This document shows, piece by piece, positions 1-10,681 of a stretch of DNA of 64,000 nt. The notes under the pieces were generated by a model. That model had not been told where the DNA came from, did no database searches, and saw nothing but the letters and a program-made list of their open reading frames with translations. Every line of letters starts with the position of its first letter. Within the stretch, counting starts at the first letter, position 1. Position numbers and translations under genes: made by a program. The stretch lies in IMG/VR virus record IMGVR_UViG_2806310702_000001, one strand, 5' to 3'. The stretch is from an uncultured virus (IMG/VR IMGVR_UViG_2806310702_000001) (taxonomy: Duplodnaviria > Heunggongvirae > Uroviricota > Caudoviricetes).

Positions 1-2
1 TA

Positions 3-710
3 CATAAGGATGAAAATAATAATTATATAATCACAGATTGGAAAACATCGACTATATATCAAGGTAAAAAAATTGATAAAGAAAAGGGTCAATTAGTATT
101 ATATGCTGAAGGATTAATTCAAAAAGGAGTTTCTATAAATAAGATAAAAATTAGATGGGATTTCCTTAAATATTGTAAGCTTACATATACTTTAGCAGGA
201 ATTGATAAAGAAACAAAACAACACAAAACATCTACTAAAAATGTATTAAGAAACGAGTGGGTAAAATCTATAGAGAGTAATTTAAAGATGTGGTTGAAAA
301 AAATAAAGCAGTATGACGAATTACAAATAGAAGATATGGTTGCCACTGCAATTGAAAATAATAATTTAGATAATATGCCAGAAGATATACAACAAAAATA
401 TAAACGAGAGGACTGTTATGTATACATACCTTTGACAAAAGATTCTATAGACGAATTAAAAGAAGATATAATAGATACCATTAATGAAATTAAATTAAAT
501 AAAAAAGCTTATGATTGTACGGAAGATGATAGAATATGGTGGACAACTATAGATAAATCTAATGAATTTTATTTTGCTAATTTATGTGGATATAGTGCGA
601 AACAGCATAAACCATATAAAGAGTATTTAGATGACTTAAATTTGTTTGTTAAGGATAGAGAAAATAACGAAGAAGAAACGGATGATAGCTGGTTAAATGA
701 ATTAGATTAA
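3..710 (+). CDS. PD-(D/E)XK (RecB/AddB-like) nuclease, 5'-truncated by window edge
   Basis: Frame from base 3 is open and continuous with the 288..710 ORF; reads ITDWKTS...GQLVLYA, the DxK / QxxxY signature. Confidence 0.75.
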   Translation, partial: HKDENNNYIITDWKTSTIYQGKKIDKEKGQLVLYAEGLIQKGVSINKIKIRWDFLKYCKLTYTLAGIDKETKQHKTSTKNVLRNEWVKSIESNLKMWLKKIKQYDELQIEDMVATAIENNNLDNMPEDIQQKYKREDCYVYIPLTKDSIDELKEDIIDTINEIKLNKKAYDCTEDDRIWWTTIDKSNEFYFANLCGYSAKQHKPYKEYLDDLNLFVKDRENNEEETDDSWLNELD

Positions 711-739
711 ATATAAAAGATAAAATAGGGAGGGGTTAA

Positions 740-3700
740 ATGAGGTACAATAATTATCACAAACATACACATTATAGCAATTTAAGAACAATAGATGTAA
801 TAACAAAACCAATTGATTATATTAAAAGAGCAAAAGAATTAGGTCATAATACATATTTTACAACTGAACATGGATGGGGAGGAAATGTATTAGAAGCATA
901 TACTTTATGTAAGGAAAATAATTTAAAAATGATATTTGGAGTTGAAGCATATTATGTTGATAATAGATTAGAAAAAGATAGAAGTAATAATCATATAATT
1001 TTAATCGCATTAAATAGAGACGGATTTAAAGACATCAATAGGATTATATCAGAAGCAAATTTAAGTGGGTATTATTATAAGCCAAGAATAGATAAAGAAT
1101 TGATATTATCTCTTAATCCTAAAAATGTTATTGTAACAACAGCTTGTATAGCAGGAAGATTATTCAAAACTAAGGATTATGAAGAAAAATTTGTTATACC
1201 TTTATTAAATCATTTTAAAGATCATTTTTATTTAGAAGTTCAATCACACAAGCAACAATCAGAATATAACAAACAAATATTAGAGTTAAAATTCAAATAT
1301 AATTTATCTTTAATGCATGCTAATGATAGTCATTATATATATAGTAGAGACGCTAAATATCGAGATATGTTCTTAAAAGCCAAGGGCATAATCTACGAAG
1401 ATGAAGGAGGTTTTATATTAGATTATCCGAATTATGATGAAATAGTAAAGCGATATGAAAAGCAAGGAGTATTAAATAAAGAACAAATTCAAGAATCTTT
1501 AAATAATACTTTAATATTTGATAAATGCGAAGATTTAAAGTTTGATAAAGAAATTAAAATACCTAAAGTCCACAAAGATAAAGACAGCAATAAATTATTA
1601 AAAACAATTATATCAAATGAATGGAAAAAGGAACGTAATAATATATGTAGAGATAAATGGAATGAATATGAAAAGGCGATCAAAGAAGAAGTAGATATAG
1701 TGCAAAAAACCAATATGGAAGATTATTTTATATTAGATTATGAAATAGTAAAAAAAGCAGTTGATGAGTATAAAGCTGTTCTCACAAGAACTGGGCGTGG
1801 ATCAGCACCATCATTTTATATAAATAAGTTGTTGGGATTTACAAATATTGATAGAGTTTCGGCACCTATAACATTATATCCTACTAGATTTATGTCTACT
1901 ACGAGAATATTACAAACTCGAAGTTTGCCCGATATAGATTTGAATTGGGCTAATATTGAACCTGTAATAAAAGCTAGTAAAGATATTTTAGGGGAAGACG
2001 GAGTATATTTTATGATAGCATACAAACCATTACAAAATTCTTCTGCCTTTAGATTATGGTGTAAATCAAAGGGATTTAATATAAATGAATATAATGAAAT
2101 AGCTAAAAATTTAGATGATTATATAGAAGATGAAAAATGGGGAAAAATCATAGAAGAAAGCAAGATATTTAGAGGTGTAATTGAAAGCGTAGCTCCGTCT
2201 CCTTGTAGCTTTTTATTGCTAGATAAGCCTATATCAGAAGAAATTGGATTGATAAAAGTTGGGAATCAAATATGTTGTTGTTTAGATGGCTATAATTGCG
2301 ATCAATATAAATATTTAAAAAATGATTATTTAACTGTTAGCGTATGGAGTATTATTTCAAAAGTATATGAGATGATAAGAGAACCGATAGATACTATACA
2401 ACAATTAGAAAACAAAGTCGATGATAGGGTTTGGAATTTATATAAACTGGGTTTAACTGCTACTTTAAATCAAGCAGATAGCAATTATGCAACTCCTTTA
2501 ATAAAAAAGTATTCTCCGAAATCAATAGCAGAGATTAGTGCTTGGGTAGCTAGTATTAGACCTGGCTTTGCTAGTTTAATGAGTAATTTTCTCGAAAGAA
2601 AGCCTTATACAACTGGTGTGAAAGAATTAGATAATTTATTGCAAGATAGTTACCATTATATGATGTATCAAGAATCTATAATGAAATATCTAGTATGGTT
2701 AGGTATAGCAGAAGACGAAACATATGGAATTATAAAGAAGATAGCAAAAAAGAAATTTAAAGAAAAAGAATTAGAAGCTTTAAAAGAAAAACTATTAAAA
2801 GGTTGGATTAAAAATGTAGGGGAAAAAGAAGGTTTTGAAAATACATGGCAAGTAGTTAATGATGCTTCTAAATATTCTTTTAATGCATCACATTCTCTCT
2901 CTGTAGGCATAGATAGTTTGTATGGAGCTTATTTAAAAGCAAATTACCCTTTAGAATATTATACAGTTGTATTAAATATGTACGAAGGAGATACTGAAGA
3001 AACCAGCAAAATTGTTGATGAATTAAACTATTTTAATATCACGATATTATCGCCTAAATTTCGATATTCTAAATCAGAATATATGTGTGATAAAGAACAA
3101 AATTCTATATATAAAGGCTTGTCTTCAATTAAATATATATCTAAACAAGTTGCAGATGAGTTATTTGAATTAAGAAATGAAAAGTATAATAACTTTATAG
3201 AAGTTTTATCTGATTTAAATACCAAAACATCTATTAATTCAAGGCAATTAGATATATTAATTAAATTAAATTATTTTTCTGAATTTGGAAAATCTAAAAA
3301 GTTGTTAAAAATAACAGAGTTGGCTGATAATCTTTTAAATAAGAAACAAATAAAAAAAGAGAAGCTAAACGAATTAAGTTTGACCGAAGATATAGTACGT
3401 AAATACGCACAGAAAGAAACAGAGAAATTATTCAAAGATATTGATATAAATAGTTTAATAAAAGAAATTATGCAAGGAATTAAGAATCAAAGTATATCAA
3501 TTAAAGATCAGTTACAAGCAGAAATAGAGTATTTAGGATACCCAAAAACTATAATACCAAAATCAAGTGATAATTTCTTTTACGTTACAGAATTAAAAAT
3601 ATTTAAAAATAAAAGAAGTATTACATATTACCCTGTATTATACAGTGTGAAAAACGGAAACATTATTCAAAAGAAATTAAAAGATTTTAGACTATTTTCA

Positions 3701-3838
3701 GAAAATCCATTCAAAGAAGGGTGTATAATCCAAGTTGTTCAAGAAAGTAAAGAACCTAAAAGAAAAATGGTTGACGGACATTGGGTTAAATCAGACACAG
3801 AATTTAATGAAATTATAGAAGCTTGGGAGGTGTATTAA
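740..3838 (+). CDS. dnaE: DNA polymerase III alpha subunit (phage DnaE)
   Basis: PHP domain HKHTHYS/TEHG/NDSHY, GRGSA, PDIDL, YSFNASHS; strong SD. Confidence 0.95.
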   Translation: MRYNNYHKHTHYSNLRTIDVITKPIDYIKRAKELGHNTYFTTEHGWGGNVLEAYTLCKENNLKMIFGVEAYYVDNRLEKDRSNNHIILIALNRDGFKDINRIISEANLSGYYYKPRIDKELILSLNPKNVIVTTACIAGRLFKTKDYEEKFVIPLLNHFKDHFYLEVQSHKQQSEYNKQILELKFKYNLSLMHANDSHYIYSRDAKYRDMFLKAKGIIYEDEGGFILDYPNYDEIVKRYEKQGVLNKEQIQESLNNTLIFDKCEDLKFDKEIKIPKVHKDKDSNKLLKTIISNEWKKERNNICRDKWNEYEKAIKEEVDIVQKTNMEDYFILDYEIVKKAVDEYKAVLTRTGRGSAPSFYINKLLGFTNIDRVSAPITLYPTRFMSTTRILQTRSLPDIDLNWANIEPVIKASKDILGEDGVYFMIAYKPLQNSSAFRLWCKSKGFNINEYNEIAKNLDDYIEDEKWGKIIEESKIFRGVIESVAPSPCSFLLLDKPISEEIGLIKVGNQICCCLDGYNCDQYKYLKNDYLTVSVWSIISKVYEMIREPIDTIQQLENKVDDRVWNLYKLGLTATLNQADSNYATPLIKKYSPKSIAEISAWVASIRPGFASLMSNFLERKPYTTGVKELDNLLQDSYHYMMYQESIMKYLVWLGIAEDETYGIIKKIAKKKFKEKELEALKEKLLKGWIKNVGEKEGFENTWQVVNDASKYSFNASHSLSVGIDSLYGAYLKANYPLEYYTVVLNMYEGDTEETSKIVDELNYFNITILSPKFRYSKSEYMCDKEQNSIYKGLSSIKYISKQVADELFELRNEKYNNFIEVLSDLNTKTSINSRQLDILIKLNYFSEFGKSKKLLKITELADNLLNKKQIKKEKLNELSLTEDIVRKYAQKETEKLFKDIDINSLIKEIMQGIKNQSISIKDQLQAEIEYLGYPKTIIPKSSDNFFYVTELKIFKNKRSITYYPVLYSVKNGNIIQKKLKDFRLFSENPFKEGCIIQVVQESKEPKRKMVDGHWVKSDTEFNEIIEAWEVY

Positions 3839-6078
3839 TGGCTGATATTATTGAAAAGTTTAAAGGGAAAATAGAAAAGTGTTTATACTCAAAAGATGAT
3901 TATAAAATTTATAAAATTAAGATTAATAAAAATGAATATTCTAATATCAAACTTAATGACAATAATGAGTATATTATATCAGGAGACGTACATAATTTAG
4001 TTCCTAATGTTGAATACGAGATTATAGGTAAAGAAATACATAATAAATACGGGTTTCAATATAAAATTTTAAATGTTCGTAGAGATAAACCCGAGGACGT
4101 AGAAAGCTCACGTAAATTCTTAAAAGAAATTATAACAGAAAAACAAGCAGAAACTTTACTATCTGTATATCCAGATATAATTAATAAAGTAATACAAAAC
4201 GACTTGAATGATATAGATTTAAACTTAACGTCGGGCATTAAGGAAAAGACATTTAATAAAATTAAAAAATCTATAATTAATAATTTTTGTCTAATAGACT
4301 TAGTAGATAAATTTGATGGTAATATTTCTTTTTCTATAGTAAAGAAATTATATGATAAATATACATCTTCGGAAATGACACTCAAAAAAATGAGACAAGA
4401 TCCTTATTCTTGTCTCTGTTCTTTGGGAAGAGTAGGGTTCAAAACTGCCGATAAAATCCTTTTATCGTTGGAGAAACAGGCTAAAATAAAAAAACAAAAA
4501 GGAGAGTATGTTAAATTTAGCTTTGATTATGATTTAGCTACGTCAAAACAAAGAATGAAGGCTTGTATAACATATATACTTGAAGATAACGAACATAATG
4601 GAAATACAAGAATTGATATTAAAGAAGTAAGAAAACAATGCAATAAACTAACTCCTGAATGTATTAATTATTTTGTAGACGTCATAAAAGAAACTAAAGA
4701 AATACATACCGATAGAGCTAGTAAAACTTTATCTATCTATCAAACATATCAATCTGAAAAATATATAGCCGAAACCATATTGAGTATGCTTAAAAATAAA
4801 TTGGTTTGGAATATAAATACGGAATTATATAGAGAAGATGAAGGAATAAAACTAACAGACGAGCAAATGGGTGCGTTAGATTATTTATGTAAGTACAACG
4901 TTAGTATATTAACAGCTCCAGCGGGTAGTGGGAAGTCGCAGAGCGTTAAAATGATGGTAAATATGCTTGAAAACAATAATAAAAGTTATTTATTGATGAC
5001 TCCAACGGGCAAAGCAGGAGATGTATTAAGCGAATATACTCATCGAGATGCAGGAACTATACATAGACAATTAAAATATAATCCTAAAAATAAAAAGCCT
5101 TGGACTTACAATAAAGAAAATAAGTTAGACGTTGATGTGGTTTTTGTTGATGAATTTGGAATGGTAGATATTTATTTAATGACTCATTTATTAGATGCTA
5201 TTGATATCAACAAAACAAAATTAGTATTAGTTTTCGACAGCTATCAATTAAGTAGTGTTGGCTGTGGTAATGTAGCACATGACTTACTAATGAGCAAAGT
5301 CATTCCTACTACAATTTTAACCAAGATATTTAGATATGATGAAGGTGGATTAATGCAAATAGCCACTAAAATAAGAAATAGTGAGAAGTTCTTACCTTCT
5401 AATTTTAAAGGAATTAAGATTTTTGGTAGTGAGAAGGATTATATTTACATAGAAAGACCACAAACAAAAATGATAGATGAGATAATAAAAATATATTCTA
5501 AACTATTAAAAGATGGATATAGATTTGAAGATGTAATGGTTTTATCAGCATACAATAAAGGAGATTACGGAACGAAAGAGATTAATAAACAGATTCAAAA
5601 ATTAGTACAAAACAACACAGAAAATAAATATTTACAAAGAGGAGATATTAAGTTCTATAAGGGAGATAAAGTAATTCAAGTAACAAACAACTATCAAGCT
5701 ATAACAATTGAGGGAGATAAGGCAGAGGTATACAATGGTAACACAGGAGTTATAGCAGAAGTAAATTTTGATGAAGTGGTAGTACAATTTAAACATCATA
5801 ATATTATGTATACAAAAGATGATTTAGAACAATTAGAATTGGGATATTGCGTATCTACACATAAATCACAGGGAGATAACGCCAAGAATATTATATTAAT
5901 AACGCCACGATCACATACTTATATGCTAAATTCTAATTTGCTATATGTAGGAGTAACTCGTGGTAAGAAAAGAGTATATCATATAGGTAATATCGCTACT
6001 ATTAATATGATTATTAAGAAGAAAGAGAATTGGGAAAGAGATACCTTTCTTAAAGACCTATTAACAAAATTAAATTAA
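3838..6078 (+). CDS. recD2: RecD2/TraA-like SF1B helicase
   Basis: Walker A APAGSGKS, VDE, HKSQG, LYVGVTRGK, HhH GFKTAD; ATG at 3838 overlaps the dnaE stop and follows GGGAGG. Confidence 0.9.
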   Translation: MADIIEKFKGKIEKCLYSKDDYKIYKIKINKNEYSNIKLNDNNEYIISGDVHNLVPNVEYEIIGKEIHNKYGFQYKILNVRRDKPEDVESSRKFLKEIITEKQAETLLSVYPDIINKVIQNDLNDIDLNLTSGIKEKTFNKIKKSIINNFCLIDLVDKFDGNISFSIVKKLYDKYTSSEMTLKKMRQDPYSCLCSLGRVGFKTADKILLSLEKQAKIKKQKGEYVKFSFDYDLATSKQRMKACITYILEDNEHNGNTRIDIKEVRKQCNKLTPECINYFVDVIKETKEIHTDRASKTLSIYQTYQSEKYIAETILSMLKNKLVWNINTELYREDEGIKLTDEQMGALDYLCKYNVSILTAPAGSGKSQSVKMMVNMLENNNKSYLLMTPTGKAGDVLSEYTHRDAGTIHRQLKYNPKNKKPWTYNKENKLDVDVVFVDEFGMVDIYLMTHLLDAIDINKTKLVLVFDSYQLSSVGCGNVAHDLLMSKVIPTTILTKIFRYDEGGLMQIATKIRNSEKFLPSNFKGIKIFGSEKDYIYIERPQTKMIDEIIKIYSKLLKDGYRFEDVMVLSAYNKGDYGTKEINKQIQKLVQNNTENKYLQRGDIKFYKGDKVIQVTNNYQAITIEGDKAEVYNGNTGVIAEVNFDEVVVQFKHHNIMYTKDDLEQLELGYCVSTHKSQGDNAKNIILITPRSHTYMLNSNLLYVGVTRGKKRVYHIGNIATINMIIKKKENWERDTFLKDLLTKLN

Positions 6079-6096
6079 TATATTAAAAAATATATC

Positions 6097-6126
6097 TTGA
6101 CAATTAAATATAATATATATTATAAT
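6097..6126 (+). promoter_or_regulatory. sigma-A-type promoter
   Basis: TTGACA-18-TATAAT, followed by a hairpin and T tract at about 6127-6176. Confidence 0.65.
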
Positions 6127-6271
6127 AATACTTGTAAGGTAAATGAATACAAAACCTTATGAGTATTATTTTTTTATCACCAAATACACTTTGTAAAACA
6201 GTTAAGGATAGATCAATATTGCCTGTCAATGAAATATGTAAAAATTAAATTAAAATATTTTTAAAAATATC

Positions 6272-6300
6272 TTGACGGTAATGGTAAATGGTGATATACT
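6272..6300 (+). promoter_or_regulatory. sigma-A-type early promoter
   Basis: TTGACG-17-TATACT with extended TG. Confidence 0.75.
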
Positions 6301-6379
6301 AGTAAATGTAGTAAGGAGTTGGGAACAAAATAAAAACTTATTACAAAATTAAATTAAATACAGAAAGAAGGATTAAAAA

Positions 6380-6604
6380 ATGTATGATGAATATTTAGAT
6401 CAAATGGACAAAGAAACAAAGTCAGGAATGAGTGTAAAAGAATTAATAGAAATTTTAAGCCAAATGAGTCCTGAAGCAGAAATAGTTATATCTTCAAATG
6501 ACGTAGATGATTCATATAAGCCAGTAGAAAGAATTGAGTTGGAGGTGGGAAATAAGTTGGGTGAAGAAAATTTTGTAGGAATCATTTATAACGAAGAAAA
6601 TTAA
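6380..6604 (+). CDS. small acidic hypothetical phage protein
   Basis: ORF with SD, first gene after promoter; MSVKELIEILSQM..EAEIVI pattern common in phage small proteins. Confidence 0.7.
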   Translation: MYDEYLDQMDKETKSGMSVKELIEILSQMSPEAEIVISSNDVDDSYKPVERIELEVGNKLGEENFVGIIYNEEN

Positions 6605-6720
6605 ATAGCGATACTTTGTAGTAGAGGGTGAACTTTAAGTTAAACGATAAAACATAATTAAATTAAATTAAATAAACATATTATTTAAAAGGTTAGTTTT
6701 ATAGAGAGGAGACAGTATAA

Positions 6721-7008
6721 ATGACAAATATATTAGATTGTAAGTTAGAGGTTAAAGTGTTTAAATATGAGTCAGAAGATGAAATGCAAAACCATAGGCA
6801 AGAAATGAAAAAACAAGGATGGAAAATAAAAGATTCTAAAGCATGTCAATCGAAACTATTTGGTAAGTCTACAGTACAAGATTATAATGATGAAGCTAAT
6901 TGGGTTTATATAACAGAATATTATAGACAAAAACAAGTTGAAACAACACAAATAAGACAAAGCTATTATGAGACAAAAGTGTATTGGTTTAGCATGAATA
7001 CAAAATAA
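6721..7008 (+). CDS. hypothetical protein
   Basis: ORF with GAGAGGAG SD. Confidence 0.65.
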   Translation: MTNILDCKLEVKVFKYESEDEMQNHRQEMKKQGWKIKDSKACQSKLFGKSTVQDYNDEANWVYITEYYRQKQVETTQIRQSYYETKVYWFSMNTK

Positions 7009-7041
7009 GAAAGCAATTAAACGATAAAAAGAGGTTAAATA

Positions 7042-7357
7042 ATATATAAAATTCAAAATATAGAAGATATATATGAAAAAAGGAGATTGAAGAGTTTGTG
7101 TAATAACTAATATACCATCAGAGCCAAGATATTATACCGTACCAAGTCTAGAAGTAGGTTTATTACTAATTAATGTATTAACAGATGAAATGCTACTATG
7201 CAAATATTGTATAAGGAATGTACTTATGCTTAAAGAATATTTAGGGGGCACTACCGAAGGAAAAGTTTTAGGGTGGCGTGAGTAGTATGATAAAAATGGC
7301 AATACAATAGATGAATATGAATTAAAAAATGATTTCAAATTGGTAGTAAAAGGATAA
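7042..7357 (+). pseudogene. decayed hypothetical gene
   Basis: Coding-like frame after GAGG SD, broken by a frameshift/TGA near 7085 and an internal TAG near 7283. Confidence 0.35.
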
Positions 7358-7397
7358 AATAAAAGTAACAAACAATGGGAAATAAGGAGGAGTTCAA

Positions 7398-8028
7398 ATG
7401 GATATCAGCAATCTGTCGTACAAAGAGTTTTTATCGCTATCTGCAAAGGAGCAACAATCAATATTATCTGAATTAGAAAATTCAAACAATAAATATAACG
7501 AATTTAAGAACGCTAAAAATTTAGCAGAAATGAGAGAGATAAAAACAAATAGAATACAATATCTGAGGAATCTTATACAAGTGGTACTAGTTTCTTAGAC
7601 AACGAATTATCTGTTAAAGAAAATTATAATAAGATAAGAAGAGTGTATAGAGGATTATTTGTAAGCAACAATGGTATTAAGATTAATGCTGATGTAAATG
7701 GAGCATATCAAATAATGAGAAAAGTATTCTCGAATGTGAAAGCTGACGAGATAGAGGGGATAGGGTTATCTCCAATTAGAGTAAATATAGCTTAATACGA
7801 CTATGATATATTATTATTTTAATAATATTAATAATTATATAAGTTATATTGACTAATAAAAAATAATATTTATTAAAATTTATAATTAATTTTAATAAGA
7901 TTTATATTATTTATAACCTAGCTGGTAATATTATTGATGGTATTTGTACAGTTCTAAATAGTGATATATTAAAAAGTTATGTAGACAAATTGCATGATAT
8001 TGTTAAAATTATTAACAAATATAGATAA
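7398..8028 (+). pseudogene. hypothetical gene interrupted by a tnpB remnant (N part 7398-7564, putative C part 7918-8028)
   Basis: ORF with AAGGAGG SD runs into tnpB sequence; an orphan open frame LAGNIIDG...KYR* resumes after the IS end. Confidence 0.5.
7565..7917 (+). mobile_element. tnpB: IS200/IS605-type remnant: 3' end of tnpB (7565-7795) plus right-end region
   Basis: Translates EESYTSGTSFLDNE...RRVYRGLF...KINADVNGAYQIMRK...*, a TnpB C-terminus with RuvC III NAD; right boundary approximate. Confidence 0.85.
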
Positions 8029-8042
8029 GGAGGGGTTAACAT

Positions 8043-8216
8043 ATGACCAATGAAGATAAACTAATGGCACAAAATATTATTGAAACAGCAAAATTACTTA
8101 AATCACAAATTAGAGTATTATGTAAGCAACATAAATGTTGTGAAACATGTCCTTTTGAAAAAGTGTCGTGTAGTAATCATATATTATTATCAGAAGTAAA
8201 GTTAAATTTAAAATAG
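8043..8216 (+). CDS. small Cys-rich hypothetical protein (57 aa)
   Basis: [21 protein letters not shown] motif. Confidence 0.6.
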   Translation: MTNEDKLMAQNIIETAKLLKSQIRVLCKQHKCCETCPFEKVSCSNHILLSEVKLNLK

Positions 8217-8229
8217 GGAGAGGATTTAT

Positions 8230-8625
8230 GTGAGTAATAAAAGAGAATTAGTTTATCCTGCAATATATAAACATTTTAAACATACAGAAGATGGAACGAT
8301 TAATAATTATATATATGTAACTATGGGAATTAGTAAACCATTAAAGAACTATGAAGAAGAATTAGATAAACTATTTAATATAACTCCAAGAAATATTTTA
8401 CTTGTACGATTAACAGAAAAAGATTCTATAATAGCACTATTTGAAAAAGATAGGCAATATTATCATGATATTAAAGATAGTACAGAAGATTTGGTCATAT
8501 ACAAATCACTTTATGATGACAGTGGGATATATGCTAGACCACTTGATATGTTCTTATCAGAAGTTGATAGAGAGAAATATCCTAATGTGGATCAGTAATA
8601 TAGATTTGAGTTAGTAGAATATTAA
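8230..8625 (+). pseudogene. DUF1653-family protein with premature TAA at 8596-8598
   Basis: [30 protein letters not shown]; conserved tail YRFE continues in frame after the stop. Confidence 0.75.
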
Positions 8626-8762
8626 AATTTAAGGAGATGAAACACAATGAATAACATTAAAGAACCGTCAGTAAGTGAACAATTTGATAATTAACAAAAT
8701 AAATTAAATTAAAAGTAATTAAAATTCATCTTTTATGGTGAATAAAAAAGAAGTGATGTTAT

Positions 8763-8845
8763 GAGAGAAATATAAAACACGGTCATGGTGGGTGCATGTC
8801 ACGATGGTGTATTACAGTACACCTACACGCCACCACTCCCTCTGA
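8763..8845 (-). ncRNA. candidate structured small RNA
   Basis: GC-rich nested stems directly downstream of TTGCAA-17-TATTAT promoter (8876-8848, - strand); no ORF. Confidence 0.55.
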
Positions 8846-8998
8846 ATATAATAACACTTATTGTAATATTTTGCAATAAGGTAAATAAATAGGGGGAAGG
8901 TTATGGGTAAGTTATCAGCAATTCTAAATATTTTAAAGATACTTAATGTTATATACAGCATATACACAATGATTAACAATAGATGGGAGGTAAAGCAT

Positions 8999-9184
8999 AT
9001 GAATAAGAAAGAAATACAGCAATGTTTTATAGTTTTAGGTATTGGTGTATTAGTATGCGGAATATGGCAAGGATTAGAATTAGCAATAGAAGGACAAATA
9101 ACACATAGGTCTGTAGATGATATTATAGGATTAACATTGGTAGCAAGTTTATATTTTAATTTTAAAAATTGGATTAATAAATAA
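8999..9184 (+). CDS. small two-TM membrane protein
   Basis: GGGAGG SD before ATG 8999; two hydrophobic segments; alternative in-frame start at 8903. Confidence 0.65.
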   Translation: MNKKEIQQCFIVLGIGVLVCGIWQGLELAIEGQITHRSVDDIIGLTLVASLYFNFKNWINK

Positions 9185-9219
9185 ATTAAAATTATATATT
9201 ATTAAAAGTAGGTGGTTTA

Positions 9220-9351
9220 ATGTGGTGTAAAAATAATAATTGCTGTCATTATGACAAAAAACACAATAAATGTACGAGAAAAGGAATGAAGGGAGATAAC
9301 AAAGATAAACAAGGTATTTGTTGGATGGAAAAATCAGAAGGAGAATATTAA
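9220..9351 (+). CDS. small Cys-rich protein (43 aa)
   Basis: AGGTGG SD; MWCKNNNCCHY...C...C. Confidence 0.55.
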   Translation: MWCKNNNCCHYDKKHNKCTRKGMKGDNKDKQGICWMEKSEGEY

Positions 9352-9363
9352 GGAGGAATAATT

Positions 9364-9897
9364 ATGTTAAAAATAGTTAAATGTCAATACTGCGGGAAAG
9401 AATTTATAGAAACAGAAGAAGACTATGGTGAATATATACGTGAGTGTGTATTACATGAGATTGAACACGTACATATTAAAAAATGCTTTGAGGAAAATTT
9501 AAAAAACGCATTGAGAATTTTGGATCGCAAATATAATACTGTATCTAACAATGAGAACTATAATATTGATGCAATATCGACAGGATATGATAACAATGAT
9601 ATTAATTATATTGCTTACAATTTTACATTGATTATCAATAAGGATATTTATAAAGACATAGAACTGTGGGGAGGACATAGAGAATTTAAGCATTGTCCTA
9701 CCATACAAGAAATTATTAATGAAATAGAAAAATACTATAAATCTAATATTAAAAAGACATATGAAGGCGTAGTGACATTTGAAGATTGGATGGGTGGAAA
9801 TGGTGCTAATGATTATGTTTTAGATGGACAATATACGAGAGACATTTTTAAAGAATTGCTTGGTAAGAAAATTAAAATTACTGTGGTAGATGATTAA
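9364..9897 (+). CDS. hypothetical protein with N-terminal C2H2-like zinc motif
   Basis: CQYC...HEIEH; SD. Confidence 0.7.
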   Translation: MLKIVKCQYCGKEFIETEEDYGEYIRECVLHEIEHVHIKKCFEENLKNALRILDRKYNTVSNNENYNIDAISTGYDNNDINYIAYNFTLIINKDIYKDIELWGGHREFKHCPTIQEIINEIEKYYKSNIKKTYEGVVTFEDWMGGNGANDYVLDGQYTRDIFKELLGKKIKITVVDD

Positions 9898-9912
9898 GGG
9901 AGGAATTAAAAA

Positions 9913-10212
9913 ATGAATAAACAAGAATTAAATAGGATAATGAATATAGATATTGATAATTTAGTTAAAACACAACATGATAGTTTAAAAAAATTCGTAT
10001 TAGATAAAATAGATGAAGTTAGGGAGCTGGTAGAAACGGAGCAATATGATTTATTGGAAGAAATCGCTTTCTTTAGTGGTCAAGGAGATGGCTATGGTAA
10101 TGCTAGTGAAAATTGGTGTATTAACTTTGCATATAAAGATAATGATGAAATGGATTTAATAGAAGTCACAGAATTGTTATCTAATTTAAAAAATAATATA
10201 AAAAGTAGATAG
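9913..10212 (+). CDS. hypothetical protein
   Basis: ORF with GGGAGG SD. Confidence 0.7.
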   Translation: MNKQELNRIMNIDIDNLVKTQHDSLKKFVLDKIDEVRELVETEQYDLLEEIAFFSGQGDGYGNASENWCINFAYKDNDEMDLIEVTELLSNLKNNIKSR

Positions 10213-10227
10213 AAAGGAGCAAAAACA

Positions 10228-10632
10228 ATGAAAATAGCTATTTTCCCAGAGTATGGAGGAATATATATACCATCATTCTTAGCAAAACAAATATTGAGTG
10301 ACTATTGGATTCATCAAAGAGTAGAGTTGGCAAATATTATAGAACAACTAGAGCCAACACACCATACAATTACACAAAAAGTATATGATGAATATGCTCA
10401 TAGTATTTGTAGCGAATTACAGTTTTATGATTATATTAAAGGGAATGATAAGCCTAATATTATTTATGTGAAAGATACAGAAAGTATACCTAGTTACGTA
10501 TATAAAATAGAAATAATAGACGTAGATACAAATAAAATATGGAAACTTGATACATATGATGGAGCTGAAGGTATTGAATACTATAACAAACCCAAAATAA
10601 GAGATAAAGAATTAAATTATGCTGAATGGTAG
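10228..10632 (+). CDS. hypothetical phage protein
   Basis: ORF with SD; YGG.. and W.L..YDGAEGIEY pattern. Confidence 0.7.
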   Translation: MKIAIFPEYGGIYIPSFLAKQILSDYWIHQRVELANIIEQLEPTHHTITQKVYDEYAHSICSELQFYDYIKGNDKPNIIYVKDTESIPSYVYKIEIIDVDTNKIWKLDTYDGAEGIEYYNKPKIRDKELNYAEW

Positions 10633-10681
10633 TGGTTTATAAAAGATATAATGAATTGATTTTATAAAATGGAGGTTAATA

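Noticed and set aside
8596..8598. Stop-codon reassignment or programmed readthrough
   Set aside because: All long genes are intact under code 11 and TAA is the main stop; an isolated nonsense mutation is simpler
8763..8845. tRNA or tmRNA fragment (CCACCA ends)
   Set aside because: No T-loop TTCRA, D arm or cloverleaf; CCACCA is one side of a stem
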